Program-made: the position numbers and the translations under genes | Source: Eledone cirrhosa | Taxonomy: Eukaryota | Length of the DNA stretch: 64,000 nt | Reading direction: 5' to 3' | Assembly: GCA_964016885.1 (NCBI GenBank) | Contig: OZ024743.1 | Coordinates: forward strand, 188,604,001 to 188,668,000 | Shown here: piece after piece, positions 1 to 13,635 of the stretch | Layout: the number at the start of each line of letters is the position of its first letter | Numbering within the stretch: the stretch's first letter is position 1 | Notes under the pieces: generated by a model | What the model was told of the DNA's origin: nothing | The model's database searches: none | What the model saw: the letters and a program-made list of their open reading frames with translations, nothing else

Positions 1-397
1 AATATGCTATGCCTTCATCAGACAAAATACAATATAAACAGTTTTATAGATAAATATATTCGACATACCGTAATAAACATCGACTTCATTTGAAGAGGTT
101 TACGCTAGCAGTATATTTTCACTGCTAGCGTAAACCTCTTCAAATGAAGTCGATGTTTATTACGGTATGTCGAATATATTTATCTATAAAACTGTTTATA
201 TTGTATTTTGTCTGATGAAGGCATAGCATATTGTTAATATGATACCCCCGAAATATATATAATGAAATAGATATGGTTTTATAAATATAGTTTTCCATTT
301 ATTTAATATTGTAAATATACTCCAAATATTTGTCGAGTGCTTTTATATCAGATATAAATATTTACTAGTTGTAACCCAACAATTTTAAATATAACTT

Positions 398-403
<6 letters not shown>
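1..403 (+). mobile_element. Short non-coding fold-back element (PLE pLTR/retrozyme-like) carrying a hammerhead; family A
   Basis: Perfect inverted repeat 1-112/121-232 with an 8-nt loop, then a hammerhead and a tail homologous to 27794-27910; ends in (TA)n. May extend left of the window. Confidence 0.65.
204..269 (+). ncRNA. Minimal type I hammerhead ribozyme
   Basis: TATTTTGT-CTGATGA(212-218)-stem II containing CATATT/AATATG-GAAA(250-253)-TATATA-TA-ATGAAATA; stem I pairs with two G-U wobbles. Confidence 0.75.
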
Positions 404-448
<45 letters not shown>

Positions 449-710
449 TTGGAGGCTTAGTAAAATCGAATCTTTGATGGTGTGCAGCAAATTCGACCTA
501 CTATATGAATGAGTAAGCAAAGCACTTGACAAGGTAGGTCCTTAGAGTAATAACATACGTTTAAATAGCTTGATAATTGAACATTGTGGCAGACAAAATC
601 TAACACACAATACCAAAGCAACGAAAGAACTAACAGGTTGAAAAAAATAAATGTATATATATGTATATATATGTGTATGTATATATATATGTGTGTGTGT
701 GTATGTAAAC

Positions 711-766
<56 letters not shown>

Positions 767-814
767 GACGTAAAATAAGAAAATTATAAAAATTACCTTA
801 CTTACTACAATTTC

Positions 815-897
815 ACTCCAACTAATTAGTTTCTGAAAGGGAATAAACATGGTTTCCGAATGGAACACATGGAGAAGGCCTTTCGTCATCAGGAAGT
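815..897 (-). ncRNA. Type I hammerhead ribozyme
   Basis: Minus strand ACTTC-CTGATGA-C-GAAAGG...CCTTTC-A-GAAA-CTAATTAG-TT-GGAGT; palindromic stem III ACTAATTAGT. Confidence 0.8.
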
Positions 898-1123
898 CAA
901 TTCTCAGCTAAGTTCCCAGGTGATGCGTGGACACAGGGAACTTATACAAAAATAATTTAGTGGATGGAAAAAAGCAAGCGTGGACTAAATTCCAAGACAT
1001 TGAAAAAATCACTGCCTATTTGGTCGGTGGCAAATTCAAAAGAATTAATCACGTGACATCGAGCTAATCAGTGAGGCGTGGGGTGTTAAGAAGACAGTAG
1101 CCGAACTATTACTATGAACTATA

Positions 1124-1528
<405 letters not shown>

Positions 1529-1529
1529 A

Positions 1530-1812
1530 TGTTGGTACCACAACATCCAGTCCGAAATAAATGATGTCGTGTAGGTGTCACAACAAAAAAACACACAGTC
1601 CACGCTGTAATGTGGCCGTGTAGGTAACACGGTAAAAACCTCCCAGTCCACACTGTAAACGTGGTTGGTGTTAGGAAGGTCATCCAGCCGTAGAAAACCC
1701 GCCAGACAGTCCTATACGAACAGGACAACCAATCTTGCCTCAAGTGGGAAAACTCCCATCCAAATTCATGCAAGCGTGGAAGATGGACGTTAAACGATGA
1801 TGATGATGATGA
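1530..1812 (+). mobile_element. 3' UTR/tail fragment of RTE family 2
   Basis: GGTTGGTGTTAGGAAGG box and GGAAGATGGACGTTAAACGATGATG tail, as at 18600-18790 downstream of RTE coding sequence. Confidence 0.7.
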
Positions 1813-1825
1813 TATATACATCTAC

Positions 1826-1862
<37 letters not shown>

Positions 1863-1917
1863 ACGGCGATGAATTAGTTTTGCGAGGTATTTTATATGAA
1901 ATCGTGTGTCGAAACAA

Positions 1918-2855
1918 ATATTGTTATACTTGGGGAGGGTCATATTTGTGTAATATTGTGTGTATAGTGTTTTGTTTGATGTGTGATGTGTGTTCATGAT
2001 TGGGTGACTAGTGTGTGTTTATGTTCTTGTGTATGTATTTATTTATTTATTTATTTTATTTTATTTACTTATTTATACTTCTCTAAGGTCAGTGTTGTTC
2101 GTTTGGGTGTTGTTGTTATTCCATTCATTCGTTCTGTTTAGTCTTGGTCTTCTAAGTATACTATACGAACATGCCAGACAACAACATGACGGCAACATAG
2201 ACAACATAGAAATTAGAATAATATCTAAACATAGAAATGACCCAGCACATAGGCAAATCAGAGAGGCCAGTGAAATAGAACTTAGAAGACCAAGACTAAA
2301 CAGAAAGAATGAATGGAATAACAACAACACCCAAACAAACAACACTGACCTTAGAGAAGTATAAATAAGTAAATAAAATAAAATAAATAAATAAATAAAT
2401 AAATACATACACAAGCACATAAACACACACTAGTCACACAATCATGAACACACATCACACATCAAACAAAACACTATACACACACGCAAACGCATGCGCA
2501 AAGAAGACAAAATAAAATAAACAAACAAGCAAATAAATAAATATATAGACAGACTGAATAAAAATGGCGTAGACATACAATACAACGGGAGGAAATAATA
2601 GCACCACTGACGATGTTGCAGATGTGCAACGAAAGATTTATGATAAACTATATATATATGTGTTTGTGTCCATATTGTATCTGTATTATTTTTGACCGTA
2701 TTGTATCTGTATTATGTTTGGCAACATTGAGGACCGAGTAAGTTAGATTACCGATATAAAAGACACAGAAGCGAGAAGCGAAAACCAACCAAACAGTGAG
2801 TGTGTTCTGTTATTAATTCTGGCAATATTACACAAATATGACCCTCCCCAAGTAT

Positions 2856-2863
<8 letters not shown>
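1918..2863 (+). mobile_element. 5'-truncated Penelope-like element with inverted 5' segment
   Basis: IR 1957-2157/2280-2484; terminal IR 1918-1958/2823-2863; centre encodes a GIY-YIG C-terminus (YEHARQQHDGN...DPAHRQIREASEIELRRPRLNRKNEW); hammerhead at 2603-2644. Confidence 0.75.
2603..2644 (+). ncRNA. Minimal type I hammerhead ribozyme
   Basis: ACCA-CTGACGA-T-GTTGCA-GATG-TGCAAC-GAAA-GATT-TA-TGAT; one stem I mismatch. Confidence 0.75.
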
Positions 2864-2916
<53 letters not shown>

Positions 2917-2929
2917 CACATACACACAC

Positions 2930-2959
<30 letters not shown>

Positions 2960-2967
<8 letters not shown>

Positions 2968-4061
2968 CGTATTTAAGAAAGCCACAACAATGCAAAGGGA
3001 AATCTCGAGGTAGGAAGTGAAATATAGATAGGAAAAACAGGTGAAAGTGAAAGTTGAGAGAGACAAAGATGAAAACAAAACAAAGGTAGAAGGGTTACCG
3101 TAGTAGAGATTTTAATCCCAATATTTCGGGCTCACGCCCATCAACGGGGGAAAAGTTCCAAAAGGGGGGAAAACAGGCCAAGCGGAGAAAGTGGTGATGT
3201 CGTTAAGACAGGAATGCCGTTATGGGGAGAAAAATATTTAAAATTTAAACGAGGGAGAGAATGCGCGTGCGCGTGATAAGCTGTGGCAAAAGCTACTGAC
3301 CAAATGGGTTAAATCAAGAGGGTGCGTTAGCGTGTGAAAGCCTTAAGATATGTGTATGTAAATATATATGTGTGTGTGACTGTGTGTGTATAAGTGTAAG
3401 TGTGTATATGTGTGAGTGTGTGTGTGTGTGAAAGATAGTGGGCTGTAGAAGTTGGAAATCAAAGGGTGTGAAAGGTGGTAGGTTGTAAAATATGTGTGCG
3501 TGTATAAATATAGAAGTGTGTGTGTGTAAGCGTATGGGTATACATGTGTGTGTGTAACTGTGTATGTATATGTGTGAGTGCGTTTGTGTGTGAAAGATAG
3601 TGGGCTGTAGAAGCTGGAAATCAAAGGGTGTGAAAGGTGGTAGGTTGTAAAAACATGTGTGCGTGTAAAATATAGAAGTGTGTGTGCATGCGTATGGGTA
3701 TGCATATACGTGCGTGTGTGTGAATATAGCAGGCCGTAGGCTGTGAATGGTCATTATGGTTAAATTAGCCATGTCAGCTCATTTCTCTCAGCCCGGTTGT
3801 TAAGTGGGGGTCTGAGGTTCTTAATAACAAGTGCTTCCGAAATAACAAGTGCTTCCGAAATATTGGGATTAAAATCTCTACTACGGTAACCCTTCTACCT
3901 TTGTTTTGTTTTCATCTTTGTCTCTCTCAACTTTCACTTTCACCTGTTTTTCCTATCTATATTTCACTTCCTACCTCGAGATTTCCCTTTGCATTGTTGT
4001 GGCTTTCTTAAATACGTATTTTTACACATTTCACAATGCTTCAAGCAAACTTTAACACCCT

Positions 4062-4063
<2 letters not shown>
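2960..4063 (-). mobile_element. 5'-truncated Penelope-like element with inverted pLTR
   Basis: ~170-bp IR 2960-3129/3855-4024; minus 3843-3760 reads ISEALVIKNLRPPLNNRAERNELTWLI* (GIY-YIG C-terminus); two ~160-bp tandem units in 3430-3710; (TA)n on both sides. Confidence 0.75.
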
Positions 4064-4109
<46 letters not shown>

Positions 4110-4128
4110 CATATACATACACACACAT

Positions 4129-4191
<63 letters not shown>

Positions 4192-4240
4192 AAGAAAGAA
4201 GAGTAACATCTTTGGCTGTACAATAAGGGCTTTATTCAAA

Positions 4241-4351
4241 TTGCTGACAATTGTTTCGTTGATCTGTTGGTTCTAGAGTTCGTTAATCGCTTGATGCTAC
4301 GTCAATCGATCTCCAATACGTTGTTTACAACCAGTCAACACATCAGAGCAA
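4241..4351 (-). ncRNA. Hammerhead ribozyme variant with long stem II
   Basis: TTGCT-CTGATGT-GTTGA...TCAAC-GAAA-CAATTG-TC-AGCAA; the core lacks A9. Confidence 0.6.
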
Positions 4352-5308
4352 GTGGATATGAAAATAATACGCAAGGCATGGCTTTTATAGTAGAGTGGTG
4401 TTAAACCAAAACTATAACATCAGTAACAAAATAGCTATATAGCGAATAATTAAACAATAACATCAATAATAAAACACGCATTGTAAATAAACAGATAGGG
4501 TACATTAAAAGTAGATAAAGGAATAAAATAATAAAATGTACTTAGAGTCAGATTTTAGGGTCTCAACTGTAAGTGCAATTATGAGAGATTTAGATACAAA
4601 TGAGCTGGGGGTCTGAAAAATGAACAACAATAAAATAGAGATTAATTTATGGTTTGACAGATAAATGGTTGTAGTAGATATTTCCTAGTGAGATTGATGG
4701 AGGGAGTATATACAGATTTATGGTTCTATGGTAGTTGGTAATAAGTGAAATTGTGGATTCAGTATGTTAAGGTTTAGGTGGTTAAGTCCAATTTTGGGAT
4801 TGCTGGTTCGAATCATGGAGATTTAAGTTTCGTAACATCAATAACAACATAGCGTATAATTAAAACAATAACATCAATAATAAAACATGCATGGTAAATA
4901 GATAGAGAATCTGGCGAATAAAATTAAGGATAGGGTACATTGAAATGATAATAATAATAAGAAGAAAATAAGAGTTACACGGGAGTATAAAAGTAATAAG
5001 ATAATGTACTTAGAATTAAGTTCGTCTGTAAGTGTTCCTGGGTGTTAGTATGAGATATGTAGATGCAATTGTGTGGTCCGAAAGAATGAACAACAGTAAA
5101 GACGAGATTAATGTATGGGCTGACAAGATAATTGATAAATGTTTGTAGTAGACGATTGTGCCTGTTGTACTATCTTGATGGTATTGATGGAAGGAGGTTG
5201 GAAGAGGTTTACAGAAATGTATGGTTCTGAAGTAGCTGTGTGATAGTGTGGATTTCATACGTTAAAGTCTAAGTGGTTTTCTATTAATTTTGGGAATGCT
5301 GGTTCGAA

Positions 5309-5616
5309 TCACGGTGGTTTAAATTTTGTAAATCTAATTGCAATCTTATGTCTGCAGAAAATGGACCTTTCTATTTTGCTGTTAAGCAGCATCCCATCGT
5401 ACCTTAAGATATGTAGCAGTTCCAAATTACAGAGCCCGCAGTGGGACATACCGTTAGTATAGGTGTTTGCTGTCGCTAATTTCGACCAGCTAATTTTGTA
5501 TTCAAGGTTTTTGTCCTTAAGTTGCCAGATTTCATTGGCCAACGCTGTAGAATTATCCAGTGCACGGTTCCTCATGGAGTATCTGTGGACGTACCACCTT
5601 TTTTTAAATTCCCCCG
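5309..5616 (-). pseudogene. PLE GIY-YIG endonuclease C-terminal fragment
   Basis: GEFKKRWYVHRYS...STALANEIWQLKDK...WSKL...CGLCNLE...LN...CRH, homologous to the C-terminus of the 20409-21899 ORF. Confidence 0.8.
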
Positions 5617-5866
5617 CAACAGATCAACGAAACAAATGTCAGCAATTTGAATAAAGCCCTTATTGTACAGCCAACCATGTTACTCTTCTATCTTTAACTA
5701 TTATTACTCCAAGTATAACCTGCATAGAAACTACCGCAAACTCGCTGCATCACTATGGAAGCATCTTGTTGAGTCAAACTAAACCGCACTTTAAAACCAT
5801 TCACAACACGGAGTACTCTAACCGGATTACCTCTAAGTGGATCACCTATAACGATAACTTGTTAAC

Positions 5867-5894
<28 letters not shown>

Positions 5895-5903
<9 letters not shown>

Positions 5904-6360
5904 CATACAATAGGTTGAAAAGGTAACACACTAGAGAGAGATAGTGTGCCATCAATAAAACATGGAAAACCACCAGTGTATGGGATCTATAATCTATGGA
6001 AGGCAGGGTAGACACACAATAATAAAAAATATAAATTAAAATGTATATACGCACCTCTATAACTATATAACACACGAGATCTGTTTCGCCAGGAAGTTGT
6101 TGACTGAAATGGAATAGCCTATGGTCCATTAGCGCGTGCAAGACTATACATTCCAGACAAGTCTAAGAGAATCTAAAGCGACCGTCCAGCTACACGCGGC
6201 AGAGAGATGTCACAGCGTGTTTAGGGCAGTGAACCAGTGGTGTCTGAGGGACGAGCTGCTAGAAAGGGCAGCCCAAAAACCACTCAAAGAAGTGTGCTCA
6301 ACCAAACAGAGAGAGAGGAAAGACTGTTATAAGGATCGAAATATCACGATAAATTAACTG
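5895..6360 (-). mobile_element. Diverged copy of the non-coding ~500-nt family (cf. 34337-34920, 35460-36136)
   Basis: Colinear similarity with 35520-35870 (GTTTCGCCAG, CATTAGCG, TATACATTCC, CTGCTAGAAA..GCAGCCCAAAA.CCACTCAAA); degenerate hammerhead on minus ~6071-6138. Confidence 0.55.
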
Positions 6361-6399
6361 AGCCATAGACTGAAGGAAATCGGTCTGACGTAACACCTC

Positions 6400-6610
6400 A
6401 AAAAAACGCCCAAAAGCTGAAAAAACACAGTTTTTCACCTAGGTAATCCAAAAGTTGAATTTTTGTATGTGCCTAACACTCCCTGAAACATAAGTAATAC
6501 ACATGTAAAGTTTGAAAAAAATCGGTGGGGACTTCTCGAGTTTTAGGGATTCAAACTCACAGACACACACACAGAGACAGACAGACATCCTCAGTATTAT
6601 ATATAGAGAT
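6400..6610 (+). mobile_element. Possible non-autonomous Helitron/Helentron (DINE-1/HINE-like) 3' part
   Basis: AAGTTTGAAAAAAATCGG core, (CAGA)n/(CA)n block, terminal TTATATATAGAGAT. Confidence 0.4.
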
Positions 6611-6689
6611 TTGTAATTTTAACTGTCAGTCAATCAATGATAAACATTGATTGCCAGCTAAATTATCTATGAAGATATAATGATATACT

Positions 6690-7238
6690 GAACTGAGAGC
6701 AATATAGCTAGAATAAGGATAGGATGGAAGAAGTTTAGAGAGCTACTCCCACTGTTGACAACAAAAGGTTTCTCCCTATGTACAAAAGGACAACAGTTTG
6801 ATGCCTGTGTGTGAAGTGCAATGCTGCATGACAGTGAAACATGGACAGTGACTGTAGAAGACATGCATAGGCTGGAGAGAAATGAAGCAGCCATGTGCAA
6901 TGTAAATGTGAGAGAAATGCTGAGCTTTGATGAACTGAGGGAGAAGCTGGGTTTAAAATGAATCTGAGGTGTTGTGCAAGAGAGAAAACGTCTTTGGTAC
7001 TAACATGTGATGCGCATGGATGATGATCTCTTGGTGAAGAGGTGCCAGGGAATGCCAGTGTATGGATACCAAGATAGAGGTAGACCGAGAAAGACCTAGG
7101 AAGTGGTGGTGAGACTGACTGCAAATTGCTGAGACTCACAGAGGAGATGACAATGAAATACAGTGAGTGGAGTTATGCTGTGTTGAAAAGAACCCAGTCA
7201 GCATGGGAAAACAGACGTAAAAGTGATGATGATGATGA
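6690..7238 (+). mobile_element. Decayed RTE LINE 3' fragment
   Basis: RIRIGWKKFRELLPLLTTKGF...LERNEA... similarity to 61989-62513; ends GACGTAAAAGTGATGATG. Confidence 0.8.
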
Positions 7239-7364
7239 AATATATATGTATATAAATATATATATATAAATATATATGTATAAATATGTATATAAATATA
7301 TATATATATATATATAAATATATATGTATATATATATACATATATACATATATATATACATATA

Positions 7365-7722
7365 CAATCGAAAGGTTATGAGTTAAATTCTCAGACAGGG
7401 TGATGTGTTGTTTCCTTGAGCAAGACACTTTATTTCACATTGCTCCAATTTACTCAGCTGTAGAAATGAGTGATAGGGACTGGGGTCCATATCATTCCAC
7501 TGCAAAGTGGTCGTGGATGTGCCACAGCAAAAAAGCACCCAGCCCAAACTGTAAAGTGGACGTGTAGGCGCAACAGAAAAACAAGCACCCAGCACTCACT
7601 GTAAATGAGGTTGGTGTTAGGAAGGGCATCCAGCTGTAGAAATCAAGCCAGAATCAGTTCCCGTCCCACCCTTGCAGGCAGGGAAAAGCAGACATAAAAT
7701 GATGATGATGTATGATGATGAT
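7365..7722 (+). mobile_element. tRNA-derived SINE family 1 (5'-truncated)
   Basis: Matches 60216-60550 from the B box onward; RTE-type tail. Confidence 0.8.
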
Positions 7723-8579
7723 ATATGTGTATGTGTGTGTGTGTATATATATATATGAAGGATGAATACCATACAGTTATACAAATGCTTCAATTGATCA
7801 AACATTTCTTAAAATACTTAGAATGAGAGCCACATTTAATATTAATAAACAGAAATATTTTTATGATGTTGAATCTTGTTTCACTTCTTTTCTGGATTGA
7901 AGTCTTCTTAAATGTTGTTTTCTGACTATATATGTATGGGTATGTGTTATATGTTTGTGTGTTTGTAAATGGGTATATGGAAGTGTACATGCATGTGTGT
8001 TTATGTGCATGGATGTGCATACATACATGTGTGAATATATAGGCATGTGTGTTTGTCTATGTGGCATGCATTAAAGTGATGGTAACTAGGAGAGGAGTAA
8101 GGAGAGATATTTCTTATATATAGCATCAGTGATATTATAGAAGTTGACAGCAGAATTCTACTACTGCTATTTACCAAAATATACTGTGAAATATTTTTGT
8201 GGTATTTGTAAAAGGATTAATATAATTTTGTAAATAGAAATATCTCATTGCACTGGATTGGGATACTGGAAATAATTGAAGAAAAAAGGTAGATATCTTT
8301 TTCAACCTATGCATTACAGCATAAAAATAAGCAAGCTTAAATACTTTCATGGGACTTGAAGCAAAAATGAATATGCATGAATGCATATAGATTCTACAAA
8401 TACATGCAAGCATTTTTCATATTTTGTAAATGTTTAATTGTGTTTGTGTACTCATGTACATTTCTATGTGTACATGTTCTGTGAATGCCTTATATAAGTA
8501 CATATACATACATACCAATATCTTTATGCATACCCTGCTATCTGTCTCAATTATACATATCTCTCCTCTCTCTTAATAT

Positions 8580-10985
<2,406 letters not shown>

Positions 10986-12208
10986 AGAGAGAGAGAATGC
11001 AAGAGCGAGATGTACATAAATCTATGTGTGTTGTGTGTGTCTATCTGTTTTTCACTGTGTATGCATGTGTGTTTGTGCATATATATTTGTATGTATATAT
11101 GCGTTGCCTATGACTTCAAGTTTTGCTTCTCGATGAATATTCAACCAGTGAATTAATACAGATTTTGTAAATATTTATACATGAAAAATTCTATAAAAGT
11201 TATAGAGGGTGGGGAAGATTTGCTCACATGAGATGACATTAGTAATTTTTATCTGCTGTCAGATTGTAGCGGTAAATTTAATTTTAGTTTTTGGGAGTTG
11301 AAAAGGCCTTTAAACAGATGTATGAATGGAATAAAATATTCTATAAATAGGTGATAATTTATTGTAAGCAAAATTTGATTTTGTATGTGTTTTGGTATGT
11401 ATCACCTATTTATATATGAAACCTTAATGCTATTTAAATTTGAAATATAATGGTGAATTAAAGTTGAAAGTGGATGTCGATAGTTACATTGTGAGAGAGG
11501 TGTCATGGGGGTGTATGTGTGAGTGCTTGTTTGAGTGTGCTAATTACTACTTAAGCATGTGTGTAATGTGGGAAAGGTTTCATAAAATTCTTCTCATGAT
11601 GATTTGACAATGTAAGTATAGTTATATAAGTTTTTATACCTCAACTACAAGGAATTAAGGTTATACATTAACTACATAAATGAAGCAACAGAATAAGTGA
11701 AAAGTTGAAGCCTTAATACTAAACCCCTTAAAGTGAACATAGAAACAATGAACTCTGGGAATGCTTTGTGTAAGGACATTAATATGAATAATTCAACTTT
11801 TGTAGAGTGTTACAAGCATATGTAAAACATCACGGCAGTATTCAAAAGAAGGTCTAACTTTCAGAAACATGTTCCTAAACAAAGCTCTTCCCAGAAAAGA
11901 TCATGATGAAGAATTATTTGTATTCTAGACCATGCATTTGTAACAGTGAATATAAAGACAAGACTAAACCCAGTATGTGAAATTTTCAATATAAATATAC
12001 ATAAGTATACAATATAATTATACATAACAACATAAAAAGAAAAAGAGAATGAATGAATACGAAAATTATAGTTGTGTTCTATACACTCAAATGGCCAAAT
12101 AAAATCCAAAATAAAAAAACATTGGAAAATGAGGCAAAGCTAGCCTCCGGGAAGTAGTCGATAGATGCCTTCATGAAACAGAAATTAAAGTAATGTGTAT
12201 ATATTATA

Positions 12209-12489
12209 TGTTGTATGGACTGGGAATCGAACTCACAACCTCATTGTTGTATGGACTGTTAAATTCGTTTTATTCAATTTACACGTGCTCACACATTTGC
12301 ATATGAATCACGTAACCAGGGCAGTCAGTCAGCGTTGGTATTAAAAACTCGGTCACAGACTGCTACTGGCACTTACTTTATGTTATTCTGCTACTGTGAG
12401 GAGGGGCGTTTTGGTTGTTTCGTACAATACACAAATTATTTGATATAACTCGTTGTGTTTTCTCTGCGAGTACCGAGAGGAATACAACA
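12209..12489 (+). repeat. 5' LTR
   Basis: TGTTGTAT...ATACAACA; differs from the 3' LTR by a handful of substitutions and one small indel. Confidence 0.95.
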
Positions 12490-12497
12490 GAGTTTAT

Positions 12498-12515
12498 TGG
12501 CGTTGCCGATAGGAT
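12498..12515 (+). promoter_or_regulatory. Primer-binding site, tRNA-Ser-like
   Basis: TGGCGTTGCCGATAGGAT just after the 5' LTR; resembles the complement of a tRNA-Ser 3' end with mismatches. Confidence 0.6.
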
Positions 12516-12574
12516 TTACGTACATTGCCGATAGGATTTACCTACATTTCCGGGAAATTGTTTATCATAAAAAC

Positions 12575-13635
12575 ATGGCGGAACAACAAACAGCGGAGCT
12601 AATAAAGTTGTTTAGAGAACAGATGGAACAACAAATGCAACAACACAAGAAAGATATGGACACTCTGATAAAACTGTTTGGTGCTCGAGATTCTGAACAA
12701 CGGAGTTTATTGGCGTCACCAGTTGCTTCGACACAAACAGCATTCATCCCACCATTTGCTGCTTTTGATTCAACAACAGAACTATGCCCTGATTACTGGT
12801 CAAGATTCTGCACGTTTGTGGCTGCTAACGCTGTACCCGAGAAACGCATGGCACAAGTGTTCCTGACTAATCAGACGGCTGCTATCTACAAACAACTTGC
12901 AATTCTGGCTGCTCAACAAAATCCGCCTAAGGATATCAACAAGTTGACAATGGACGAAATTGTTGACTTCATGAAAGAACAGTTCGACCCAAAACTTTTC
13001 ATTGTGAGAGAACGTTTCAAGTTCTGGAGTGACATGCAACGGAACCCAGGCGAAACTCTCCAGGAGCTGGCAGCACGTATACGTCAGGATGCAGCTACCT
13101 GTGATTTTCCTTCGATCACAAATCCACAAGATGAAGCTCTATGACAGAGATTTATATTTTCTGTCAATAATGAAGCTGTGTTGAAGGCTATTTTCAAGAT
13201 CAAGGATACAGAACTAGATTTCGCCCGTGCTGTCCAAGTTGCCATCGGGACCTAAGACGCAACAAAGGTTGCCAAGGAAACTGTTTACGGTTCCAAAACC
13301 AAGCAAGTATACAAGGTCCAGCAGAACAAGAACAAGGGTCCTCGAAAGAACCATCAGCAGTCTTATTCCACAGACCAGGAGATGTGCTACCGATGTGGAA
13401 AGGCCCACAAAGCGACATACTGCCCCTTCGAAGAAGCCAAATGTCATTTTTGTGACAAAAAGGGACATTTGCAAGCGGTGTGTAGAAAGAAACAACATCA
13501 GCAACGTAATCATCGCTCACAAAATTACGTGAAAAGAATCACGAAAGCTGGGCTAGTCAAGGCGATCCTTGGTGAAGTTCCCCACGATACTCATAGTTTG
13601 AATGTGCCAATAACAATCCAGAACAGATTTTCACA
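12575..13635 (+). pseudogene. gag: Gypsy gag with tandem zinc knuckles (stops at 13142 and ~13253)
   Basis: MAEQQ...ERFKF...Q.PGETLQELAARIRQDAATCDF; CYRCGKAHKATYC and CHFCDKKGHLQAVC. Confidence 0.85.

Larger units (their letters stand above)
4186..5868 (-). mobile_element. 5'-truncated Penelope-like element (Hydra-clade-like) with inverted pLTR
   Basis: IR 4186-4269/5617-5700; endonuclease fragment; internally duplicated 3' UTR; (TA)n flanks. Confidence 0.8.

Noticed and set aside
1861-1930. GCGATGA...GAAACAAATATTGTT hammerhead-like string
   Set aside because: The core lacks CTGA and I could not build stems I and II.
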